This document shows, in pieces, positions 51,809 through 57,812 of a stretch of 57,812 nucleotides of DNA. Made by a program: the position numbers and the translations under genes. The stretch is taken from positions 1 to 57,812 of the IMG/VR virus record IMGVR_UViG_3300002143_000037; one strand, written 5' to 3'. Source of the DNA: a virus. Positions within the stretch are counted from its first letter, which is position 1; each line of letters opens with the position of its first letter. Under the pieces are notes generated by a model. That model was not told the origin of the DNA and made no database searches. It saw only the letters and a list, made by a program, of their open reading frames with translations.

Positions 51809-52002
51809 CCTTCCTTAGGTTTCTTAGGCAGCGGTGCCCAATGTGTCCAGAACTTATCATCACTACGCAACTCACCATACACAGCAACACCATGCACACT
51901 CAGTAGCTGCACCTTAGCAGACCTTGGGCATGTTGCAATGGGTTGCCAGTAGTAGTCGGTGTCAACGATGGCTGTGCCATCTTTGGTTAGACGTATGGTC
52001 AT
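51805..52002 (-). CDS. small protein (65 aa), DUF551-like pattern
   Basis: WQPIATCPRSAKVQLL...WTHWAPLPKKP resembles DUF551-type phage proteins. The start is uncertain (ATG 52002 versus the listed GTG 52107). Confidence 0.4.
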   Translation of the reverse strand: MTIRLTKDGTAIVDTDYYWQPIATCPRSAKVQLLSVHGVAVYGELRSDDKFWTHWAPLPKKPKEG

Positions 52003-52069
52003 ATTAGTATGAGCATGACAACACTGATGATGAACACCAGCATTGTCAGCTTCTCTTCTGTTGTGTACA

Positions 52070-52900
52070 TTACGCAATAGCTGCTTCAGCAATGTCCCAC
52101 AACTCACGGTTGATACGGACAGCTTCTTTGATTGAGTTGATTGGTCGTGCCTTACGCATCACACCTTGAGGATGTACATCGGTAACGCTACGGACAAAAG
52201 CATTGCCTCTTACAATGTTCTCTTGCATCTTGTTGAAGACCAACCAAGAGTCATTACCTACATCCTCAAGACGCTGTTGGCGCAACACATCATTGACTGT
52301 TGAAGCTGTAGCAAATGCACCATGCTTAGTATCATTCATGAAACTGTCCCACCGTGTAGCCACAGCCTTCACAGCCATGTCATGCACTTGGTCATGGTCG
52401 AGCTTCACTTGCTTCATCTTCTCAACACGGGCCATCATTGTAGGCAGGGTGGATACGATGTGTCGCAGGTTGTCTTCAAAGGTAAGAAGCTTTCTGTTGT
52501 GGTAGGTGCGGCTTTCAAAGCCTTCACCAGCAACAATGCCGTTGGAGCAAATCATACGGTAGACACCAGCAAACAAACGCACAGATGAACTACCATCGTT
52601 TGAGTTGTACAAAACAATCTCAGGTCTTGTGCCATCTTCAAAGCTCTGTGTTGTGTCAGCGAATGCTAACAAATGTGTGCCGTGATTGTTTACTTTGCGG
52701 CTACGCTTCTGTGCTGCTTGAACAACATCAAAGCCGTAGTCTTTCATGATGGGGATGATTGATGCTGTCGTCAGCGAGATGTAACGATCACTCAGGTGAT
52801 CAGCTTTGGTAACACTGAATGCTGCGGGAGCACGTTGATGGATGTCTTCGATGCTCAGTGCTTGGTCGCTGCGGCTACGGCTGTAAATTGCGTGTTTCAT
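52070..52900 (-). CDS. DUF932-family protein (phage/plasmid-like)
   Basis: LYNSNDGSSSVRLFAGVYRMICSNGIV and the overall 276-aa layout match the DUF932 family as I remember it. Confidence 0.65.
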   Translation of the reverse strand: MKHAIYSRSRSDQALSIEDIHQRAPAAFSVTKADHLSDRYISLTTASIIPIMKDYGFDVVQAAQKRSRKVNNHGTHLLAFADTTQSFEDGTRPEIVLYNSNDGSSSVRLFAGVYRMICSNGIVAGEGFESRTYHNRKLLTFEDNLRHIVSTLPTMMARVEKMKQVKLDHDQVHDMAVKAVATRWDSFMNDTKHGAFATASTVNDVLRQQRLEDVGNDSWLVFNKMQENIVRGNAFVRSVTDVHPQGVMRKARPINSIKEAVRINRELWDIAEAAIA

Positions 52901-52953
52901 TTCAAGGTTCCTTAGTTTGGAAGTGGTTGAGGATTGTTAGTTTACTTGACAAT

Positions 52954-53196
52954 TTATTCTGCGTCAACAGATTTCTTTTGCAATGGTGCAACCTCTGCCC
53001 ATGCCTGCAAATGTATTACTTGGTTGCTCATATTCAGGCAGTAGCTGTACATACCATCGATGTGGTCAAAAAACAACACCTCGTCAACACCTGTGCCATC
53101 CATCCACGGTAGCTTGATGTAGCTGCGAGGCTTCACCTTGTACAACTCACGGACGGGCAGTAGATCCCAGTCTGCAATGTCTATCTCGTTAATCAT
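52954..53196 (-). CDS. hypothetical protein (80 aa)
   Basis: An ORF in the operon with a 4-nt overlap to the upstream gene. Confidence 0.5.
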   Translation of the reverse strand: MINEIDIADWDLLPVRELYKVKPRSYIKLPWMDGTGVDEVLFFDHIDGMYSYCLNMSNQVIHLQAWAEVAPLQKKSVDAE

Positions 53197-53660
53197 TGTT
53201 TCTTCCTATAAAAGATGTGATTGTTTATGACAGCTATTTTGTCCAGCGCCTTACGCCAAACAGGTTTCACTGCATGTGTGTGGTAGTGTGTTGCACCACC
53301 TGTGATGTCAAGCATAGTGCCTGTCATAGCCTTCTCAACAACAGCATAAACCTTGCTGGTGTCACCCTTGATGGGCTTGTTGCGGCCCTTCGCTGTGTTG
53401 GCCCAACTGAACTGCTTGTAGGCATACACTGTGTCGCAGACAGTAGCGCCTTTCTGTCTTGCCCTATTCAGGGTGACAGCAGCCACTGCTTTCATACCAG
53501 CAACACCCTCACCACGTGCTTCATGGTATACATTCTTCAACATACAGCACCACTCGGATGCTACGGCAGGAGATGGTACAGGGCTATGCTCACACGATGC
53601 TGTTGAGAGCAGCAAAGCGCCACAAAACACTGTAATGGGGATGTGCTTGAGTACTTTCAC
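53193..53660 (-). CDS. secreted SleB-type cell-wall hydrolase (Hydrolase_2 family)
   Basis: GTG start with a GAGGA SD. Signal peptide MKVLKHIPITVFCGALLLSTASC (possible lipobox). Core VYHEARGEG..GMKAVAAVTLNRAR...CDTVYAYKQFSW...ATHYH. Confidence 0.8.
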   Translation of the reverse strand: MKVLKHIPITVFCGALLLSTASCEHSPVPSPAVASEWCCMLKNVYHEARGEGVAGMKAVAAVTLNRARQKGATVCDTVYAYKQFSWANTAKGRNKPIKGDTSKVYAVVEKAMTGTMLDITGGATHYHTHAVKPVWRKALDKIAVINNHIFYRKKQ

Positions 53661-53732
53661 AATGGTGCATCCTCATGGTTGGATGGGTTGAACGGTGGAC
53701 GTTTCCGTCCTGTGTCGAGTGGGTTAGGGAAC

Positions 53733-53972
53733 TCAGGAAAGGGCCACATTACTAACTACTCCACAATGGTTACTCTTCTTTGCTCTGGCCTTGATTGTCT
53801 TGGACACTTCATTGCATAGGTGTTTAACCAATTGAGAATCTAAGACCATAGAAACCTTGTCACCGTGATTGTCTGTACAGTAGACAAGAACACCCGAGTG
53901 TTCAGAGTCTACAGACACAGCAACAGAGCAACCGTCTTCTTGGTCACGTAGCTGAATGATTGTCAAAGCCAT
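53733..53972 (-). CDS. hypothetical protein (79 aa)
   Basis: Start ATG 53972 (MALTII...) chosen for AAGG spacing. The longer listed ORF overlaps the upstream gene. Confidence 0.45.
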   Translation of the reverse strand: MALTIIQLRDQEDGCSVAVSVDSEHSGVLVYCTDNHGDKVSMVLDSQLVKHLCNEVSKTIKARAKKSNHCGVVSNVALS

Positions 53973-54234
53973 ACTCATACCTTTCATAAGATCTGATCTT
54001 GCTGTCACGTTCGCTGCGCTTCTCAACAAACTTGACTCGTGTGTCACGCGCTGTCAGTGCCATGCATAGGGTGGTCAGGTCACAGTCTTCTTCGAGGTAG
54101 GCATAGTCGCCACGGGCATAGCTGTAACGGGTGATCTTGTCGGCGATGCCGAGGTTGACTAGCACGTCTTTCCTGACCTTGCCCCACGAGTGTGATGGGT
54201 CTGAGTAACAAGTGATGGTGAATGTCTTGTTCAT
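53944..54234 (-). CDS. conserved-looking small phage protein (96 aa)
   Basis: YSDPSHSWGKV...LGIADKITRYSYARGDYAYLEEDCD is a pattern I recall from many phages. The function is unknown. Confidence 0.55.
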   Translation of the reverse strand: MNKTFTITCYSDPSHSWGKVRKDVLVNLGIADKITRYSYARGDYAYLEEDCDLTTLCMALTARDTRVKFVEKRSERDSKIRSYERYEYGFDNHSAT

Positions 54235-54497
54235 ACTGTCACCATAGCGTTGTTGTTGATGGTGAGTCCTTCGCAGGTCACTGACACGATGGTGTCTTTG
54301 TTGACGCAGCGATAGCCTGCAGTGTGCATATCAAACAACACCAGATATTTGGAGTGGTTGATAGTGGATGTGCCGCCTTTCAAGTGCTTGGTCACACCGA
54401 TACGACCATTCAGGGTACGGGCTGTGCCGTCTTTCTTGATGAAGTTGACGGTGATGAACTTGCCCTTGCTTTGGGCGATGAAGTCTGCAATTTGCAT
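54231..54497 (-). CDS. SH3-like beta-barrel small protein (DUF2693-like)
   Basis: FITVNFIKKDGTARTLNGRIGVTKHLKGG...YRCVNKDTIV pattern. Confidence 0.5.
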   Translation of the reverse strand: MQIADFIAQSKGKFITVNFIKKDGTARTLNGRIGVTKHLKGGTSTINHSKYLVLFDMHTAGYRCVNKDTIVSVTCEGLTINNNAMVTV

Positions 54498-54572
54498 GAT
54501 GTTTTCCTATGGAAGAGACTCAACAGCGAGTCAGTAACGCTACTGATGACTCAATAGCGTTACAAAGCGCTG

Positions 54573-54860
54573 TCAATTGGCTTTAATGTAGTCCAGCACC
54601 TGTGCCATACCATCAGCAGACACAACCCACTCAGCCACACCCCCATCAAGGCAAAGCCCTGTAGGGTAGCCGCTACCATCCAGCAGTGTGGATGCATAGT
54701 AGCGTGACACAAACTGCCCACGCCCCATCCAACTGTCATGCATGTAGCGCTTGTCGTAAAACTCAACAAGCTTTGCCTTGTCATTGACTAAGCAGTCATT
54801 GCGGCCATAGGTGTCGCCTGCATTGACGATGCGGACGTTGAAGTTTTCAACTGTTAACAT
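54573..54860 (-). CDS. hypothetical protein (95 aa)
   Basis: GAGGAG SD 8 nt upstream of ATG 54860, which I prefer to the listed 54965. Confidence 0.55.
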   Translation of the reverse strand: MLTVENFNVRIVNAGDTYGRNDCLVNDKAKLVEFYDKRYMHDSWMGRGQFVSRYYASTLLDGSGYPTGLCLDGGVAEWVVSADGMAQVLDYIKAN

Positions 54861-55050
54861 TTGTTTGCTCCTCAGCAAGTTGTTTGCATATGATTGTGAC
54901 AGCCTTCTTTGCATCTTTGCGGGTGCTGAAGGATTCTTTGAGGGTCTGCACCACAACACCATCAACCCGTTTGGTGATGATGCCGTAGCACTTGCCAGCT
55001 TTCACTTTGGTGTAGCTGTGCCAGATGGTGTTGGCTTTGGCGATGTGCAT
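54847..55050 (-). CDS. hypothetical basic protein (67 aa)
   Basis: An ORF in the operon with short overlaps. Confidence 0.5.
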   Translation of the reverse strand: MHIAKANTIWHSYTKVKAGKCYGIITKRVDGVVVQTLKESFSTRKDAKKAVTIICKQLAEEQTNVNS

Positions 55051-55256
55051 CAGTGTGATGCCACAGAATAGATGTCGGCATGCTCGACAATGACGGTGTC
55101 TCTGACTGCACCATACACCACCAGAGGCAGGTCTAATTTGATGTGATGTGACACACCACCACCGTATTTGACACGGGACAGGGTGACGATGCCCTGCACA
55201 GGGAAGTCACCGAGATAACGGGCCGACACTTTGAGGTTTTCAAGATTCCATTGCAT
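55050..55256 (-). CDS. hypothetical protein (68 aa)
   Basis: AAGGAAAC SD before ATG 55256. The listed N-terminal extension to 55379 lacks an SD. Confidence 0.5.
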   Translation of the reverse strand: MQWNLENLKVSARYLGDFPVQGIVTLSRVKYGGGVSHHIKLDLPLVVYGAVRDTVIVEHADIYSVASH

Positions 55257-55529
55257 GGCTTTGTTTCCTTTCAGGAGTTGGTTTAAAACAACACAATCAA
55301 CGATTGCATTGTCCGAAACCCACTGTATAGCACCGACCCCGATGCCACAGTGAGAACGCATGCATATTTTCAGTGCCATATGCTAGAGCACCCGCACAAT
55401 TTACGATTGCACGACACCGTCAGCCAATAGGAGCATTCACACTGCGCCCGATGCCGATAAACAATTGTTAAAGAACTGGTCTTGCGACCCTGCCCCTGCG
55501 ATGAAGGGCTTTTGTTTGTTGCTGACTGT

Positions 55530-55559
55530 ATTATTTGATCAACAAATGAAAAATGTCAA
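55530..55559 (-). promoter_or_regulatory. Sigma70-like promoter candidate on the minus strand (TTGACA-N18-AATAAT)
   Basis: On the minus strand, TTGACA is the complement of 55554..55559 and AATAAT is the complement of 55530..55535. It lies in the 475-bp non-coding island. Confidence 0.45.
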
Positions 55560-55731
55560 CAACTATTTTGTCGGTGTTGTTTTGTTGCAACATGGCAAAC
55601 TTAACAGACAACCTAAGCGCCCCCGCCCCTATTGAGAAAACCCACCATCACGTGGCTGTTCGCATTCTCAGGGTGTAAACACTCTTCAAAGGACTGTTGT
55701 TTTTATACAACAACAACCCTTCAAGGAACAT

Positions 55732-55908
55732 TCAAGCCTTCATTGTTCGCCGTTCGCTACAAAACACCCGCCCTTTGTACATAATGGCGTGATCGTAGCA
55801 AGCCAGCCATTCAAGCGCATCCGCCCTTGTAATGCTATAGTGTTTCTTTTTGAAGCCTATGCCCTGCACAGTGTATCGGGCGAACAGTTTAATGAATGCA
55901 TTTTTCAT
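55732..55908 (-). CDS. hypothetical small protein (58 aa)
   Basis: ATG 55908 lies 10 nt after the HTH gene stop. The SD is weak. Confidence 0.4.
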   Translation of the reverse strand: MKNAFIKLFARYTVQGIGFKKKHYSITRADALEWLACYDHAIMYKGRVFCSERRTMKA

Positions 55909-55918
55909 AATGATACTT

Positions 55919-56089
55919 TCAGAATGGGGTGTTTTGTTGACGTTGACGCGGCATGTATTCGGGGATATGCACTGGCTTTTCAATCAACAAAGCCTTGATT
56001 GTGTCAATTGACAAGCCTGTTTTTTCTGCTATTTGCTCAATCGATAACATGCATTCTTCAAAATAGTAAATGACGTTCTTTTGTGTCAT
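55919..56089 (-). CDS. small helix-turn-helix DNA-binding protein (56 aa), not in the supplied ORF track
   Basis: My own codon-by-codon translation: MTQKNVIYYFEECMLSIEQIAEKTGLSIDTIKALLIEKPVHIPEYMPRQRQQNTPF. AAGGGG SD. LSIEQIAEKTGLSIDTIKALL is a typical HTH. Confidence 0.5.
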   Translation of the reverse strand: MTQKNVIYYFEECMLSIEQIAEKTGLSIDTIKALLIEKPVHIPEYMPRQRQQNTPF

Positions 56090-56161
56090 ATTTGACCCCT
56101 TGAAACCCTAGGAAAGTCTAGGCCATAGAGGGCTTTGCAACCCTCTACAGTCTAGGTTTTC

Positions 56162-57034
56162 TTAATGCATGGCGATGATGATGGGGACACCTTTTAAGGC
56201 TTGCATGCCGCATGCATGGCCTTTTCCGGTGCAAGTGCCGCATGTGCCGGGGCATGGAAAAGCCTTAATTTTGAAAGCTTCGCGCAAAGCCTTGTTGATT
56301 TCCGGTGTGCCGTGCTCGTTACCCTTTACCTTTTTGCCAATACTGACAGCGATAAATTCGCCCCTTGTAATGGGCAAAGCTTTCACCTTGTTGATTGTCT
56401 CAATCGATGCATTGTGGCCGCCCGATATATTCAGCATGTAATTTGACGGATAAATACCCTTATAAGACAATATTTCCGCGAAGCTTTTGGAATATCCGTA
56501 CACTTTAGCAAGTGGAAAAGCCTTGATTGTGTCAAACCAGAATGCAACATCATTAGCGCTTGAAAAATCACCGTCAACATATAAGCGCACATCATAAGCT
56601 TCGCCCTTGAAAGTATCATTGGCCGCTTGCAAAGCTTGCACAATCGCCCCTTGATTGTGACGTAACAAAAAGGCATTTTGGCATTGACGCATGAAAGCGG
56701 CCGGATATCGCCATGCTCTGAAAGAATAACAAAAATCAAGGCAAGCGCCCGCACCGGGGCAAGTGACACCGGGCAAGCTTGAAAAGGACACAAAAGGCAA
56801 TTTGCTATTGCCATTTAAGGCAAAAACGCTATAAGCGGGTTGCATCGATGTAATGATGCTTTCAAGCTTTGCGAAATTAGCTTGCCATCCTTTTTTGCCC
56901 TTGAATAATGGCGAAGCTTTCAAGGCATGCAAGGCTTTTAAGGTTTCGAAACGTGTGCCGCTTTGCACAATGATGGCGAAGTCTTGCAAAGCCTTGAAAG
57001 TGTGAGCACTAGCGGAAAAGGTCTTAATTTTCAT
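56162..57034 (-). CDS. GP88-like Cys-rich protein (mycobacteriophage gp88 family-like)
   Basis: LPGVTCPGAGACLDFCYS near residue 90 and the C-terminal CPGTCGTCTGKGHAC. The family assignment is from memory of the LP..TCPGA..C...CY pattern. Confidence 0.5.
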   Translation of the reverse strand: MKIKTFSASAHTFKALQDFAIIVQSGTRFETLKALHALKASPLFKGKKGWQANFAKLESIITSMQPAYSVFALNGNSKLPFVSFSSLPGVTCPGAGACLDFCYSFRAWRYPAAFMRQCQNAFLLRHNQGAIVQALQAANDTFKGEAYDVRLYVDGDFSSANDVAFWFDTIKAFPLAKVYGYSKSFAEILSYKGIYPSNYMLNISGGHNASIETINKVKALPITRGEFIAVSIGKKVKGNEHGTPEINKALREAFKIKAFPCPGTCGTCTGKGHACGMQALKGVPIIIAMH

Positions 57035-57063
57035 GGTGTTTACCTAGGGTAAGTTGACGGGGT

Positions 57064-57255
57064 TTAATAAGTGAAGCCGATAAAAACAAGCTTATCGCCC
57101 TTGATCATTATTTCCTTGTTTATGTCGCTTGCATCGATGCATGAATACGCCTTCGAAGCTTTGCAGTATTCGCCCCGGATATATACCGCTTTGCTGTCCG
57201 CTTTGCGCTTGATGTAGTCGCCTTGTTTCACTGATTTGATTGTGACGTTTTGCAT
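57064..57255 (-). CDS. hypothetical protein (63 aa), first gene of the minus arm
   Basis: AAGGA SD 6 nt upstream of the ATG, next to the control region. Confidence 0.55.
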   Translation of the reverse strand: MQNVTIKSVKQGDYIKRKADSKAVYIRGEYCKASKAYSCIDASDINKEIMIKGDKLVFIGFTY

Positions 57256-57360
57256 TTTGTATCCTTAGAGGAAAAGACACCGACAAGATTATCGGCATCA
57301 AAACACATGCAAACACTGTGCCAACTATACATTTTGACGGTTAATAACATGATGTCAACA

Positions 57361-57550
57361 TGCATTGTCATTCGAGAATAATGAAGTTATCCACAAGCAA
57401 AACTGAAAAGTGGTACTTGTTCAAGTTATCCACAAGGTGCATTGTATTTGTGCATTTATGCTCTTTGTTGGTGCATTGTCGCACCATTGCAGGGATGACA
57501 CTGTGTTTTAGTACAGTGGTATTTAGTGGGGCTTTGTAGGGTTGCATTGT
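57361..57550. promoter_or_regulatory. Cluster of TGCATTGT motifs (candidate regulator/iteron sites)
   Basis: TGCATTGT at 57361, 57438, 57472 and 57543. It also occurs in the DTR at 93..100 and inverted (ACAATGCA) at 60..67, in the other non-coding island at 55305, and once in coding sequence at 56408. Confidence 0.55.
57384..57436 (+). promoter_or_regulatory. Two perfect DnaA boxes (TTATCCACA) within a 14-bp direct repeat AAGTTATCCACAAG
   Basis: TTATCCACA at 57387..57395 and 57426..57434, in the same orientation and 39 bp apart, in the non-coding region upstream of the minus-arm genes. Confidence 0.7.
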
Positions 57551-57579
57551 GCATGCATGCTATATGACTTTTTGTTGTA

Positions 57580-57812
57580 GTCCGCCACTGACACACACTA
57601 GATCTAAATGAGAATCATTCTCATTTGGCTACAGTCTAACAATGCATAACCGATATTTGATCAGTTGCAAATGCATTGTAAGTCATTGATTTCATTAGAG
57701 TTTTTCATTGTCGAGTCAAATAGCAAAGCCTATATTGTCTCACCTACCAGAAGAGTGTACTACTTTTGTTTTCTGGGCCGCTAGGCTAGGCTGGCTGGGG
57801 CATGCGTGGGCC
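57580..57812. repeat. Right copy of 233-bp direct terminal repeat
   Basis: Identical to 1..233 (offset 57,579). Confidence 0.95.

Noticed and set aside
54560-54784. 74-aa ORF in 54560..54784, and alternative-frame ORFs 56431..56814 and 57092..57316
   Set aside because: Each lies wholly inside a better-supported gene on the same strand in another frame. They lack SDs and look like Cys/Trp/Leu-rich frame artefacts.
55257-55379. N-terminal 41-codon extension of ORF 55050..55379
   Set aside because: There is no SD before ATG 55379. The extension is Cys/Gly/Val-rich and atypical. A good SD precedes the internal ATG at 55256.
56162-57034. CX3CX2C in the GP88-like protein as evidence for a radical-SAM enzyme
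   Set aside because: The motif is at the extreme C-terminus and lacks the aromatic residue and the SAM-binding motifs of radical-SAM TIM barrels. I kept only the suggestion of a possible metal/Fe-S site.
57280-57295. CCGACAAGATTATCGG as an operator palindrome just upstream of the first minus-arm gene
   Set aside because: Only 12 of 16 positions are self-complementary and the copy is single. That is too weak to call.
57256-57360. Early promoter for the minus arm at the TTGACA complement (57353..57358)
   Set aside because: The best -10-like hexamer (TATAGT) is 23 nt away, and the hexamer at 17 nt (AAAATG) is poor. A promoter must exist in 57256..57579, but I cannot place it from sequence alone.

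Overview
The window is one complete, tightly packed dsDNA phage genome. Its unit length is 57,579 bp, and it is closed by an identical 233-bp direct terminal repeat (1..233 = 57580..57812). A non-coding control region of about 1.2 kb spans the ends.

The + arm (899..35360) encodes, in order:
- a run of small lysine-rich proteins
- TerS and TerL
- portal
- a scaffold-like protein
- an inserted HNH-like gene
- major capsid protein
- candidate T7 gp11/gp12-like adaptor and nozzle proteins
- a 1211-aa mosaic tail fibre
- a multi-holin plus M15 endolysin cassette
- very large, repeat-rich candidate internal (ejection) proteins

The convergent - arm (57255..35407) encodes:
- early and accessory small genes
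- a tyrosine integrase
- ThyX
- a T7 gp4-like primase-helicase
- a family-B DNA polymerase
- an SSB candidate
- a FEN exonuclease
- an HNH endonuclease
- MazG
- class I RNR (NrdAB)
- PhoH
- a low-molecular-weight phosphatase

The two arms meet at a bidirectional terminator (35374..35405). I saw no tRNA, rRNA, CRISPR array, phage RNA polymerase, reverse transcriptase, or any defence or anti-defence system I can name. Promoter candidates on both arms are sigma70-like, several with an extended -10 of TGnTATAAC.

The least explained signals are:
1. A hydrophobic-AKGG-hydrophobic peptide motif recurs in 7 virion-arm proteins. Two giant proteins end in the same AKGGLASRR tail. The motif sits alongside a block of histone-H1-like basic proteins.
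2. The end-spanning control region contains two perfect DnaA boxes, a clustered TGCATTGT motif, CTATATAG palindromes and an 80% A+C tract.
3. A 1306-aa Q/N/A-rich protein is built on 330-bp tandem repeats.
4. An integrase sits inside a T7-style replication operon with no visible attP.

All functional names come from motifs I could read in the translations. No database search was possible.
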